From contig NC_043016.1 in assembly GCF_006345805.1 (NCBI RefSeq), positions 1,178,001-1,242,000 on the forward strand: a DNA stretch of 64,000 nucleotides, in the 5' to 3' direction. Of this stretch, positions 38,861 to 52,535 are shown one piece after another (the first letter of the stretch is position 1; each line of letters starts with the position of its first letter). A program made the position numbers and the translations under genes. The DNA is from Octopus sinensis. Lineage: Eukaryota. The notes beneath the pieces are model-generated. The model made no database searches. It worked only from the letters and a program-made list of their open reading frames with translations, and was not told where the DNA came from.

Positions 38861-39284
38861 TTTCATATATGATGTTATACCTTCTATAAACATCTCTTCG
38901 GAAATCTTCTAAACTTTTAAATCCATCGTAAGGATTTCCCATTGGTGCCGATGTATCTTACAACTTTTAATCTTTAATACAATGATTTTTAATCAATATA
39001 TCACCTTTTATCTGAATACTTTTCACATATATTTTTACCACATGTAATTCTTATTTCTATCTGAATAATATATAAATATGTTCCATATCTTGCTGTAATT
39101 TTGTGTTATATGTATTTATTATGTTGATATAAATCACAACTACAGAATGTTTATCGAAATTTTGTCTCTTTAACCAAGTAATATAATGTCTAGCGTCTGG
39201 AGTTTGACCTGAGCTCTTCCAAGCAACTGGGTAAAAAAACTTTTTTCTAAGAAGAAAAGACAATATGAATATAAATATAAATAC

Positions 39285-39341
<57 letters not shown>

Positions 39342-39544
39342 CACACACACACGTATATATACATACATACAAAAATATGTTTGAATATAGTCATATATGC
39401 TAATTTCTTTGTATAAAATTTCTTGAAAATAATCCCTTCCGAAGCAATCATGGAAATATATGTGTATGTCCACACACACCCATACATACATACCTTATAT
39501 ATGTATTACACACACACACACACACACACATATATGTATACATA

Positions 39545-39791
39545 TATATCACATGATCACGTGACCGACCAGACCATCAGATGTTGCTACACATCGCTGG
39601 TCACAATGCGTTCGCATTGTTTTAGCCTTCGAATAACGCCATCCCTCTGGCTAAGCGAGCAGGCCAACAGAAGAAAGAGTGGGAGAAAGAGTGGTGAAAG
39701 AGTACAGCAGGGATCACCACCCCTGCCGGAGCCTCGTGGAGCTTTTAGGTGTTTTCGCACAATGCCCGGTCTGGGAATCGAAACCGCGATC
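39545..39791 (-). mobile_element. tRNA-derived SINE (second family)
   Basis: Minus strand begins GGATCGCGGTTTCGATTCCCAGACCGGG (B-box-like). Confidence 0.7.
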
Positions 39792-39802
39792 CTATATATA
39801 TA

Positions 39803-40150
39803 TAGGCGCAGGAGAGGCTGTGTGGTAAATCACTTGCTTACCGACCACATGGTTCCGGGTTAAGCCCCACTGCGTGGCACCTTGGGCAAGTGTCTTCTGC
39901 TAAAGCCTCGGGCCGACGAAAGCCTTGTAAGTGGATTTTGTAGACAGAAATTGAAAGAAGCCCGCCGCATATATATATATATATGTATGTATGAGTATGT
40001 ACATATTTGTGTGTCTGTGTTTGTCAACCCAACATCGCTTGACAACCGATGCTGGTGCATTTACGCTGCGGCAAAAGGAACCGATAGAATAAGTCATGGG
40101 GGCGATCTGCTCGACAAACCAATGCTCCAGCATGGCTGCAGTAAAATACT
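39803..40150 (+). mobile_element. Bipartite SINE, head plus tail
   Basis: Same head and tail as 7726-8460. Confidence 0.8.
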
Positions 40151-40339
40151 GAAGTTGGTGAATGGAAACTGAAAGAATCTCGTCATATATGAATATGTTT
40201 GTGTGTGACTTTTGTGGCTGATATTGACAAGCGACGTTGGCGCTAGAAGGGTAACTTTAGGTGCAATCCCAGGGTCATTGATGGACGAAGAGGGTCTTTA
40301 TATATATATACGAACATACATATATATACTAATATATCT

Positions 40340-40419
<80 letters not shown>

Positions 40420-40420
40420 T

Positions 40421-40469
<49 letters not shown>

Positions 40470-40473
<4 letters not shown>

Positions 40474-41024
40474 TGGCGACCCCCTCGTTATCGAGTATGC
40501 TCACTGCACGAAGCTTAATCAATATTATTATCGTGCAATGCCTGTGCAAGAAGATCTTTTGAAAGTGAGGAAAGGCTGCGCACTGAGTCAATCCCACTCA
40601 CTAAGCAACAGCAGCCATAATCCGAAAAGAAGAACAAGTCAACATCATCGGTAACCACTGAGCCGCAGGTTTTATATCGGAGTTATCCCAGTTAACTGAG
40701 TTACCTTCTCCTAGAAGGATGCCCTAACAAAGGCTAGGAGTCCTTCACTCCCAATGGTTTAACTGCGCGATCGGGTATTCAGTCCGATTATTTCTATGTC
40801 CCCGCGCATGATTCAGCCTTAAGACATTTATTGGATGGCCGTTGACGCTCAAAAGTTCCACCGCCCTTTGACGGGTTTTGTTTTTCATCCCGCAGTGTAT
40901 CCAATAAACATCCTCCTCACCAAGCAAGCTTGATGGGGTTGCCGGTTTAGTCGCTGACGACCCGACCTTGCAACAGGTTTTACTGGGTTACATGTTACCA
41001 GTAGCACTCGAAAGTGACCTGACA

Positions 41025-41025
<1 letters not shown>
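40470..41025 (-). mobile_element. Probable RTE-type 5' UTR-derived repeat with a structured 5' end
   Basis: GC-richer block between (TA)n runs; contains CTAGGAGAAGGTAACTC, resembling RTE 5' UTR motifs; nested stems at 40925-41022. Confidence 0.4.
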
Positions 41026-41069
<44 letters not shown>

Positions 41070-41703
41070 GCATATATATATACGTACATATAAATATACA
41101 TATATAGGTATAAAATAAGAGAGGTTTAATACCACTGAGGGATAATTAAATCCAGAGTCGCTCCTAACTATTAGCTAGGTAGGTACAGTCTTTTGTAAGG
41201 TTGTACGGTAGCAGGTGGTTCGGTTGGTAAACAGGAGTTTAGGATACATAGAAGAAAATGGATATAATAACAATGGGAAACTCGTGGTTTTCGCTGGTAT
41301 ATCTTTAATTAAATAGATAATTGAATAGTTATATATAAAATAAAAAAGATATTAACGGGACATAACATTTATAATATAACACTTACAATATAAAATGTTT
41401 TATATTGTATTTATATTTACGTAACATCGTCTGTTTTTCCGTCCTTGATTTTGTATACATTCGATGCATTCTTTCAAAGATTTTAATGCTCTTAGCTTAG
41501 TTTTTCCTTGGTCCTGGCCAGATAGGAGCAATCTCAAGATTAATCAGCCGAAATTGCGCGGATGATCCGGTTCTTGATTGTGGATAGAAAGGTTCGAATG
41601 ACCCGTTCTTGTTTTTTGGCATCGTCTATCTGTGTGCTTTGTTTGTCCCTTTTTGTATCATCTAGTTGTCCGGATGTTTTGCGGTCCTTGTCCCATTTGT
41701 ATG

Positions 41704-41747
<44 letters not shown>

Positions 41748-42229
41748 AATAAAAAGGAAAATACACACTAGTTTTAATATAATTTTAATATATCGACCGC
41801 TTTCGCTTTCGCTATCCATGATATTATGGTTTATTTATTTGAATAAGTATTTTCTTAAGAAGAAATTTTGTCCATGAATGACTTCAGAAGTTGGAAAAAA
41901 AGGGGAGATAAGGGGTTTTCGTTATTGTTGTTATTGTTTTGGGTATGGGAGATAACTGTGCAGCTTTCGGTAAGGGGAGGAGAATATATATGTACAAACA
42001 AAAACGTTTCGAAAAACTTGTTTAATGAGGGCATTTATGTAGTCATGTGATCATGAATTGAAATATGTAAAAAAGATAAAAGTTTCTTATGCGTGCATAT
42101 TAAGACGTGTTCTGTATTTTTCAATAAAAATGTTTCTTTATTTAAACTTTCTTATATAGAGATTGTGTCTTTGCACTGGTAGAAGGGGAGACTATGAAAA
42201 TTTGTTTTGATTTTATCTTCACATTTTTC

Positions 42230-42420
42230 TATATGTTCACTGAGAGGAATTTACCTGTATTGTGGAAACGGATTTGCTCTTTATGTAGAGTAGTTCTCTT
42301 TCTCAAGGTCATACTCGTCTGTCCAATATAGTTGTGTCCGCCGCAATCCGAGCAGGTTATTACATAAATTAGGTTCTCAGAGGCACAAGTGGAACTAGTT
42401 TTAATTGTGAACCTCTGTAT
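42230..42420 (-). pseudogene. PLE GIY-YIG fragment
   Basis: TCASENLIYVITCSDCGGHNYIGQTSMTLRKRTTLHKEQIR. Confidence 0.85.
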
Positions 42421-42579
42421 ATATATCTTAACCAGTCGATATATATATATATATATATTATATATATTATATATATATATATATATAATATATATTATAT
42501 ATATACACACACATATATATATAAATACATATATAGGAATAAATAAATGGAGTTAACGCAGGTGTAATCAAATATTTTT

Positions 42580-42653
42580 ACTTTCGACACATGTTTCGAA
42601 AATTCCACTGATACTAAATGGTATAAACAATGCAATCTTCTCCTCAGGAAAGT
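42580..42653 (-). ncRNA. Type I hammerhead ribozyme
   Basis: ACUUUC-CUGAGGA-GAA..UUC-GAAA-CAUGUG-UC|GAAAGU; 3' half repeated inverted at 42852-42914. Confidence 0.85.
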
Positions 42654-43123
42654 GAAAAAAGCGAAACTCGTTAATAAGACAATTTAGCAAAAAATGATGG
42701 ATTTGTATAGCGATAGACAGAACGCTATTAATATTGTTTTAAAAAAACCTTATATGATATAACGTCATAAGTAGCTAACAGAAAGAGTAGGGATACCAAT
42801 AGTGAATGTTAAATATAAAGGAAATTAAAGTTTAAATTATATATAATGATAGAAACATGTGTCGAAAGTAAAAATATTTGATTTACACCTGCGTTAAACT
42901 CCATTTATTTATTCATATATTATTCAAAATATTCAACGTAAACACGAAGTTTCTACCTTTATAAACAAGGAGTTACAACATCTTTACTTGTGACATTTTT
43001 GCTACCCTGGTAACTATTATTTATTTTTTCCGTGTTAATTGTTAACAAGGTAAAAATACATCATCTATTATATATATATATATATTTATATAACTTATAA
43101 ACAATATATATATATATATATAA

Positions 43124-43580
43124 CTTATAAACAAGGCAAAAGAAAATTTCCAACGTCAAATATGCCAAAAATAGACTTAATCGTCAATAACCATATAATT
43201 TATCATTATAAGCACGCGTCTCGGAAAACAAGCTGATAGAAATTTCTAAAAGAATTTCGTTATTATCGGATCGGTCCCAATTTCTGAGTTAATTCATTTA
43301 GGATTTTCTCGTCATCAGCGATAAATACGATAAGAAACTAAATGAGATGCAAGTAAGTATCTCATTATTTTTCTTATCGTATTTATCGCTGATGACGAGA
43401 AAATCCTAAATGAATTAACTCAGAAATTGGGACCGATCCGATAATAACGAAATTCTTTTAGAAATTTCTATCAGCTTGTTTCCGAGACGCGTGCTTATAA
43501 ATTATATGGTTATTGACGATTAAGTCTATTTATGGCATATTTGGCAATGGAATTTTTTCTTTTGCTCTTGTTTATAAGGT
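43124..43580. repeat. ~450-bp near-perfect palindrome with a mutated hammerhead on each strand
   Basis: Loop 43349-43358; both arms carry CUGAUGA..GAGA-CGCGUG (GAAA changed to GAGA); homologous to 57350-57630. Confidence 0.9.
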
Positions 43581-43653
43581 GTTTATAAATCTAACCTTTT
43601 AAGGTATTTTTTAATATGCTGGCCATTGATAAAAGTTTTTCGAAAATTTAATC

Positions 43654-43693
<40 letters not shown>

Positions 43694-45056
43694 TATATAT
43701 ATGTGTGTGTGTGGTGTGTGTGTGTATGTATGTATACACGTTTTATGTATTTGTTTTGCAAGATTCCTCATGTGAAGTTGTGTTTGAAACAGATATTGAT
43801 ATATTCACTTCAGATTTATTATTTTTCTTATTTTAGTGTTCTTTTGTCACACAGTCAGTGACCTTTTCAACGACTCTCCATCACATATGTCTCGTCCTAT
43901 TCTGTTTTGTCCAATCTGTCATTCAATGGTGTGTATACTTCTCCAGGCATGCATTTGCCTCTCTATCTGTATCTGTGTGCGTATCCATGTTTTGTATATG
44001 CATTTTGTGTGTGTGTATATGAGTTCACGTACTATAATATTTGTACCCATGTCCTTTATTTAGTTTTTATCATTCATTTACTTATTTATCTCTGTATATT
44101 ATTTCTCACTCTGCCTTAAGTATGCTTATGTATGTCTTTTGTGTGTGCACGCATATGAGTTTGTATCTGTGTCTTTTTTCTTCTCACACACACACATATA
44201 CGTGCGCGCACGCGCTCGCGCACACACACACACACAAAACGAATACAAACACAAATGTTGATGTCAAATCTGTGATTCTTTGGATTGCAGCCAAGCAGGA
44301 GCAAACCAGACTGACTTTCAATCAATGAAACTGACCTATTAACTTCAGTCTGCTACATATTGTATCGACCCCTCTTTATCGACTGGTTAAGATATATTTT
44401 TACCACAAATGTTAGTTTTAGTTGGTTTCGTTGTGTATGTGTGTGCGTGTGTGTGAGTATATGTTCATCTATCTATCTATGTAACTATATCTCTCTGTTT
44501 CTCTGTCTATCTATCTATCCGTTTATTTCTCTATGTATGTATGAATGTATGTACGTACGTACGCATGTATGTATGTATGTATGTATGTATGTATGTATGT
44601 ATGTATTACGTATATATGTATCTATCTATCTAGTCTTTCAATTTTCTCTCTTTCTCTGTATTTTTGATGTGTGTGTGTGCGTGTGTGTATGTGTATGTGT
44701 GTGCCTGCGCGCGCGCGTGTGTATATATGTTTAAACTGTGATATTTGTTCGTGAAACAACATTAAATTTGAATCGACATCTGTATTTCTTACTATATGTA
44801 TATACGCCGTTATAACGGATGATGGTGATTGAATAGTCAGAGATAAAATCTCCTTCTAGACTTGTCCAGATATCGAGGCCGGTGGAGCATTGTCATTGCG
44901 GCGAATCAAACGGTAATGACAGATGCACTTCGAGCATTTTTTGAAGCATTTAAGTTGCATTTAAAATTCGAGTTGAGGCACGAGTTAGACATGAACACTA
45001 ACTGCATGTACCTATTATCGTATGCTATCACATATCATGCTACAGTTATTTGGTCG

Positions 45057-45215
45057 CAGGCGTGGCTGTGTGGTAAGAAGCTTGCTTCTCAACTACATAG
45101 TTCCGAGTTCAGTTCAACTGTGTGGTACCTTGGGTAAGTGTCTCCCACTATAACCTCGGGCTGATCAAAGCATTGGGAGTAGATTTGGTTGACGGCCAAA
45201 GGAAGAAAACCACCG
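45057..45215 (+). mobile_element. SINE head
   Basis: GTCGCAGGCGTGGCTGTGTGGTAAGAAGCTTGC..GAGTTCAGTTC. Confidence 0.75.
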
Positions 45216-45340
45216 TATATATATATGTATATATAATATATAATATATATATATTATATATATATATATATATAATATATATACGTTTAAATATTGTTGT
45301 GCAAGATTTTTTATATGAGTCGTATGTTGAAACAGATTTA

Positions 45341-45799
45341 TGTTAATATTTCGGAATGGTCATATTGCCAGTTTAGCCAATAAAAACACACGCACTATAT
45401 ATTTGGTGTTATTTGCTTCAGTGATATTTATTTTTTTACATTAATCTTAATCTTATTTCGGCCAAGTTTCTTCGTCACACTCCTGTGACCGCATCAGTGG
45501 TCCTTTGTTTTCTTCTCACTTACTTGTGTCTCTCCTTACTAACCGTCAGCCATTTTGTATTTCGTTGTATGTCCTTCCTAGAAATACAAAATGGCTGACG
45601 GTTAGTAAGGAGGACACAAGTAAGTGAGAAGAAAATAAGGACCACTGATGCGTCACAGGAGTGTGACGAAAGAACTTTGGCCGAAATAAGATTAAGATTA
45701 ATGTTAAAAATAAATATCACTGAAGCAAAATAACACCAAATATATAGTGCGTGTGTTTTTATTGGCTAAATGGCAATATGACCATTCCGAAATATAACA

Positions 45800-45800
<1 letters not shown>
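45341..45800. repeat. Palindrome built from the pLTR of the 10.3-16.4 kb PLE family
   Basis: Arms 45341-45563 and 45581-45800; differences mostly indels. Confidence 0.9.
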
Positions 45801-45830
<30 letters not shown>

Positions 45831-45904
45831 GTGTGTGTGTATATATACGTGTGTGTGTGTGTGCATACGTTTGTGCCTGTGTTTGTCCTCAACCAACACT
45901 TGAA

Positions 45905-46800
45905 ACAGGTGTTGATGTGTTTACGTCCCCGGAACTTGACAGTTTCAGCAATAGCGACGTATAGGTTGTGGGCTCATTTGAAGGAAGGAAGGGGTAGGTT
46001 GGGGAAGATGTGCGAGGTAAGGGGATCGGACTGGATTCGCCGGAAGGCTCGGAGAATGATGCGTTGGAGGGGTGGTAGGTGAGGAGAAACGGGATAAGGG
46101 CAACGACGGGGTAATGTGGGGAGAGAGAGCAGAGGCACGGTTCACGGAAGTGCTCTGGCATAGGGCTGTGTGTATAGTGGTGGGGGGATATTCTCGAAGG
46201 ATGAAGTGGTGAGCCATGAGTTGAGATTGAGTCTCAAAGTCATAGTTGTCACTGCAGGGCCCGTGCAGACGAAGGAATTGGGAGTAGGATATGGAGAGCT
46301 TTGTATGGGTAGGGTTGGGGGAGGGAGGAGAGGTTAGGGTGTGAGTCGGCATGTTTGTAGTGGATGGAGGTAGTGAGAGTGGAGTTGTGTAAATGTCGAG
46401 AAATGCGACGGAAGTGTTGGAAATAGTGCAGGAGAATTCGAGGGCAAGATGGAAGGATTGGACAAATGAGAAAGGAAGGAGTCTAGCTGTTTGCGGGAGA
46501 GTGAGGTCGCACCGATGTGAGACCAGTGAATCCTGAGAATATTTGGGCTTGAACGTAGCCTACGAATAGGTTCGCATAGTTGTGACCCATTCGCGAGTTG
46601 TTTCCACTTCCGCTAAGTGTTGGTAAACCCCACTCCGCGAATGAGAAGCAGTTGAAAGAGAGAACAATTTCGGTCAGACGAAGAAGTGTGGGGGTGTCAT
46701 GTTGGGGGTTGTGTTGAAAGTCTAGGAAGTATTTGAGTGCAACAAGTCCTTCGTTGTGTGGGTATATATATGATCTCCCAAAAGTGCTACAACTAGTGAG
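45905..46800 (-). pseudogene. PLE RT and thumb fragment, degraded
   Basis: IYPHNEGLVALKYFL, LLRLTEIVL, MGHNYANLFVGY, SISYSQFLRL..CSD..F..MAHHFILREYP. Confidence 0.8.
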
Positions 46801-46955
46801 AGATACATACTATTTAATAGACACCCTACATATTATCATGTTCTACTAATAGTTTCATACTTTTTGAAGTACCTCAAATATTTTCAAATATATACATCAG
46901 ACTTAAACCCACACATACACAAACACACACACACATATACGCACACACACACACA

Positions 46956-47017
<62 letters not shown>

Positions 47018-47028
47018 GTATATATATA

Positions 47029-47551
47029 TTGGGTTGTCTGGAAAGTTCGTGCCGATTTATATTAGCTTAACATTCGACTTATTTTAGAACATGGTTGAGT
47101 CCAAAAAATAGGATTTGACTACACCTCCATTTAGAGCACAGTTTAAGCTATCTTTTCGTGGAAGAAGGTTTATGTTCTTATAACTTGTGTTAATTCTGTA
47201 ACCCTTTAAAATGGAAAATAAGAAAGTTAATTTTCGGCACTTGATGCTTTGGGAAGCAGACAAAAATTGCTGAGGCTCGGCTGGGATGTGTTACCCCAGC
47301 CTCCATATTCACCAGATATTGCTCCTTTGGATTTCCACTTATTCAGGTCTCTGCAGAATAGTCTTAATGGTAAAAACTTCAATTCCTTGGATGACATAAA
47401 AAGATACTTTGATGAATTATTTGCCATGAAACCCCCTCAATTCTGGGAAGAGGGTATTTTCAAGTTAAAGGAAAGATGTAGATGCATTGTGCAAGAAAAT
47501 AGTTCTTATTTGGCTGATTGTAAATGTAATGGCAAGTATTTATTAACCCAA
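47029..47551 (+). mobile_element. Internally deleted mariner
   Basis: LGWDVLPQPPYSPDIAPLDFHLFRSLQNSL; ends TA-TTGGGTT..AACCCAA-TA. Confidence 0.85.
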
Positions 47552-47765
47552 TATATATATATATATATAATTAATTAATAAGGGTGAGAGAATTAGAAAC
47601 TTATATATATATATATATTAGAGGGAAGCCACCATGTGGACGCCCATATGCTAGAAATAGATTGAAATAGTAGCCACGAGTGTAATGAGTAGGACTGTTT
47701 TACAAGTCTGACTCTGTGTGAACGTCTTAGTATGCAGTCCTGCAAATTATATTCACCTTGGACGG

Positions 47766-47846
47766 TCGTACCGATGATCTACGGATAATTAAGTAAGTTA
47801 CGTAAGTAAGATTGCGTAATTTGTTGATAGTGAAACATGTATACGA
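47766..47846 (+). ncRNA. Hammerhead with a U4C core change, inside inverted-repeat module 47617-48003
   Basis: UCGUA-CCGAUGA..GAAA-CAUG-UA|UACGA; 5-bp stem I. Confidence 0.6.
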
Positions 47847-48112
47847 ATAATCCATATTTTTCTTTTTCTTTTGTCTTGCTCGATTACGCTTTGGTTGTGT
47901 TGTTTTTGCTAAATTTTTCTTGAGAACATTTCTTGGTGGTGAGACCAGTAGCGGATCTATTTCTAGCATATGAGTGACCACGCGGTGGCTTCCCTTTAAT
48001 ATAGTATATTATACAGTTTTACTGAACCTTCAGTTTTTTATGCTAGACCACTGGTGTGAATCGATGTTAATTAAATTAATATCTAATTCACCCTTATTTT
48101 AAATTCAATTAT

Positions 48113-48151
<39 letters not shown>

Positions 48152-48329
48152 GCGTCTTCCTGTCATTGTTGTATCTGTGTTTGTCCCCCAGCACCACTTG
48201 ACAACCAGTGTTAGTGTGTTTACGTCTCCTTAAACTAGCGGGTCGGCAAAAGAGACTAATAGCATAAATTCCAGGCTTAAAACAAAAACATCATTTCAAG
48301 TAAAAGATAAAAGGTAAAAGGTATGTATA

Positions 48330-48548
48330 TATCTCTTTTACTTGTTTCAGTCATATGACTGTGGCCATGCTGGAGCGCCGCCATTAGTCGAGAAAATCGA
48401 CCCCAGGACTTATTCTTTGTAAGCCTAGTACTTATTCTATCAGTTCTTTTGCTGGACGGTTAAGTACGGGGACGTAAACACACCAGCATCAGTTGTCAAG
48501 CGATGTTAGGGGGACAAACACAGATACAAGCACACACACACACACAGA

Positions 48549-48635
<87 letters not shown>

Positions 48636-48745
48636 CGACGGGCTTCTTTCAGTTTCCGTCTACCAAATCCACTCACAAGGCTTTGGTCTGCCCGAGGCTA
48701 TAGTAGAAGACACTTGCCCAAGGTGAATCCGAAACCACGTGGTTC
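48330..48745 (-). mobile_element. Bipartite SINE
   Basis: Reverse complement of the tail (48330-48530) and head (48630-48745). Confidence 0.8.
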
Positions 48746-48939
48746 GTAAGCAAGTTATTTTATTTCTTTAAGATTTGCCATAAAGGCATTCAAAAGAGTA
48801 GCTGTGGGCTGGACATATACATTGATGAGGTGAATGATGAAACAAGGATGATATTGATAAGAGAAGACAAAAAACGCCCGCCGACTTTCTGCTTCTCTAA
48901 AACATTCTTCATTTTTTTTCTAACAGAAAAAACAAAACG

Positions 48940-49311
48940 AGGTATTGAACCTCTCATAACAGTTTTACAACTATTGGAATTAATAGTCCATTATAAATAA
49001 TAACATGCAATAACGTACAATAAAATATTCAATATATAATCAACACTAGTCCATTTACAAATGAAGCGCTGAGCCTTTTACACTTTATAGCATTGAGGCT
49101 TTTCAACCTCTTGTCAATTTTCCACCTCAACGAGGTATTGAACCTCTCACTACAGTTTTTACAATTATTGGACTTAATAGTCAATAACCTGCAATAACAT
49201 ACAATAAAATATTCAATATACAATCAACACTGATCCATTTACAAATGAGGCGCTGAGCCTCTTACACATTATAACACTAAGGCTTTTCAAGCTCCTGTCA
49301 ATTTTCCACCT
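48940..49311. repeat. Tandem ~185-bp duplication covering the ORF1 stop and 3' flank
   Basis: AGGTATTGAACCTCTCA...GTCAATTTTCCACCTC at 48940-49130 and 49133-49311. Confidence 0.85.
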
Positions 49312-50501
49312 CATCATCGCTTGTGTCTGTGTACTCCACCATATTCCTTGCTTGCTTTAAAATCAAGGCTGACTCCGAGCTGGCGTCACCCGGCCACGAG
49401 CGATATTCCTCTTTTAGTCCCTTCAGCCTAAGAAACACGCGCAACTTTATGACCTCCACATCTATCTGCAGAGGCCATTCGGGGTTCTGTGTGAAGGCCA
49501 AAGGTACTCCCTCGTAGTGTTCTTTCACCACCTTTTCCACCTCTCTGCCTCTATAAAACAAAACAGTTTTTCGACCTCCGGGTCCGAGGGGGTCAATTTT
49601 ACCGTTGGCGGCACAATCCCCGCCAATGGTAACTCCCCCCGCCGGTGGTACAACCGACGAGGCTCTGGGACACTCAGGCGCCATGTCTCCGACTGTCGGC
49701 AATGCCCCATTTCTCCTCCTCTTCCTCTTTTTTCTTCTCGACTGGGGGAGGGTGCGTCTCCTCCGTGACCGGGAGATTCGCCTCCCCTCTTTCATACCAA
49801 GGATCCTTCGGTAAGCACTCTTTATTGCTCACCTTCCTTTTGCAGCTCCGTCTCCTTGGCCGCCTTCATTCCCTCCTCTACAGAGGTCTCTGTCAACCGC
49901 TCCAGGACATTGCTTTCTCCTTGAGGACAGTTCTTTTTTATATGGCCAGGCTGCAGGAACACAGGTGGTGGTGGAGGGGCTCCCTTAAGTCTCACCGGAT
50001 AGCTAGACCCGGCATTTCTCGAAAAGTCTCGAAATACCAGACTTTCGACTGACTGGGTCCATAGGTCAAATCAGCTTTTAACCCCTGCCATTCAGCCGCA
50101 GGCAGAATATTTACGTTGAGGAACTTGGTATTACTGCCACCCAGACCCCAGCAGATAGTATCTCCTATCCACTCGGTCTCAACTCCGGGTGACAAGCCGC
50201 AAACCCAATCCCTCGTTAACTTATTCCCACAATAAGTGGGAAGAAACAAAATTTCAGAGCCCTCTCACGAGCGACTTCTGGGGAGTCAAACAGCAACCAC
50301 ACGGTTGCGTATTTGATCCCCCCCTCACGAGTAATAAAATTAATCTGCCAGCTCTCTTTCGATTATATCCTTTCTGAAAACGGCAATGGCGTCTAGGGTC
50401 CTAGAATAGGTCCTCAAAACCACCCTCTTACTTTCAAGTTCTTTTAACCATCTTTTGGATGGTGAAATTTCCCACTCCACAAACTTTCCATCATTTGCCA
50501 T
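49298..50501 (-). pseudogene. LINE ORF1-like (Tx1/L1-type) with an RRM-like segment and eroded CCHC knuckle; no ORF2 adjacent
   Basis: Manual translation from ATG 50501: MANDGKFVEWEISPSKRWLKELE.., GIKYATVWLLFDSPEVARERAL, VRLKGAPP..LQPGHIKKNCP; basic then acidic tail ending SDDEVEN*. Confidence 0.6.
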
Positions 50502-50944
50502 GTTATTTTAAAAACTTCAAAAATATAGTTTTTAAAATACAAAATAATGAAGGAAAAAAAAGGAAGAGAAAAAAGTCCAAGCAAAAAGGAAGGAGAGAAA
50601 AAATTAACAGTTCAATAAAGGTTCTTTTTTAAATAAAAGATAGATGAAGTGAGAGCAACAATTAAAAAAACCAAAAAAAACCAAAGGCCACTCAGTACTC
50701 CAGGCCAAAATTTTAACGCAATTGTTAAATAGTTAAAAAAAATCATTCCAATTTTCTTCTCATGGGTACTCCTTGACAGGAACAATATTGTTGGAATTTT
50801 TCTAAAAATTCCCACGGAGTTATTCCTGGATAAACAATTTTCAAACAAACTTTTGCTGCAGGGTACGCCAACCAAAACAAACATTTTCACAATTAAGTGA
50901 AAAGAATTTTCACTCAGCATTAGGTAGACTAAAATTCTTGTTTT

Positions 50945-51730
<786 letters not shown>

Positions 51731-51887
51731 ATATATATATATATATATATTATATATTTATATATATATATATAATATATTATATATATTATATATATTA
51801 ATATATATATTAATATTTATATATATATATATTTAGTGAGGGAAGAAATGGAGCTGAACGAAGATTTTTACAAATTCCTTTTTATTA

Positions 51888-51971
51888 TTTTCTACATATG
51901 TTTCAAAGGCTGCAAAGTCCCTAATTCGGATTGAATAAGGAGACCATTTTGCAGCTTTCTCTTCAGGAAAA
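51888..51971 (-). ncRNA. Type I hammerhead in the 3' pLTR of the 52.5-54.9 kb PLE
   Basis: UUUUC-CUGAAGA-GAAAGCUGCAAA..UUUGCAGCCUUU-GAAA-CAUAUG-UA|GAAAA. Confidence 0.88.
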
Positions 51972-52535
51972 TCCAGGAACTTAAATCTCCAACAAAATGC
52001 GCAGCAAGCTTTTCGACAAACGCTCTCTAGGAGCCCATGGTATGAGTGGCACAAAACTGTCTCTCAATGCGTTTGACGTCGGGCTGGGTGAAAGCCGACG
52101 AAAAAGTCCGTTGAGATAATTCGAGGTCAAAATCCGGTTAACATGGGGGGAGGGGAAGAATTACAGAAAACCAAAGAGTGTGAATATATTCTGTATGACT
52201 AGTGTTAATATTCCAATTGTTTTAAGAATGAGTGCTATCGTGTTTGGGTGTGAGAAATTGCCTACATGTATGTGTGTGTGCGCAGTATGTTTAGGAAGCT
52301 GCTAGGGTGAAGTATATAGCAGCTATTAATGGTCAAGCAGCTGAAAAAAAACTGTGTCTGTGTGTTCGTCTGTGACCAGTTTATAGAGAGATGGCTTGTC
52401 AACAATGGGAGTATACATCCCTGATAGTATTTCTAAATAAGTAGCAGTTCATACGCTAAAAGGGGAGTAATTTCCCCTTACAAATTTAATTCAAGACTTT
52501 TTTTTCCTTTTCTAAGGACATCAAGGGGTTAGACT

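Noticed and set aside
41790-41830. Minus-strand GC(GAAA)GC-GAAA-GCGG-UC hammerhead 3' half
   Set aside because: The 5' core reads AUGGAUA, too far from CUGANGA to call.
46660-46700. CTGACCGAAA hammerhead-like string
   Set aside because: It is RT coding sequence (LLRLTEIVL), with no stem I or II.
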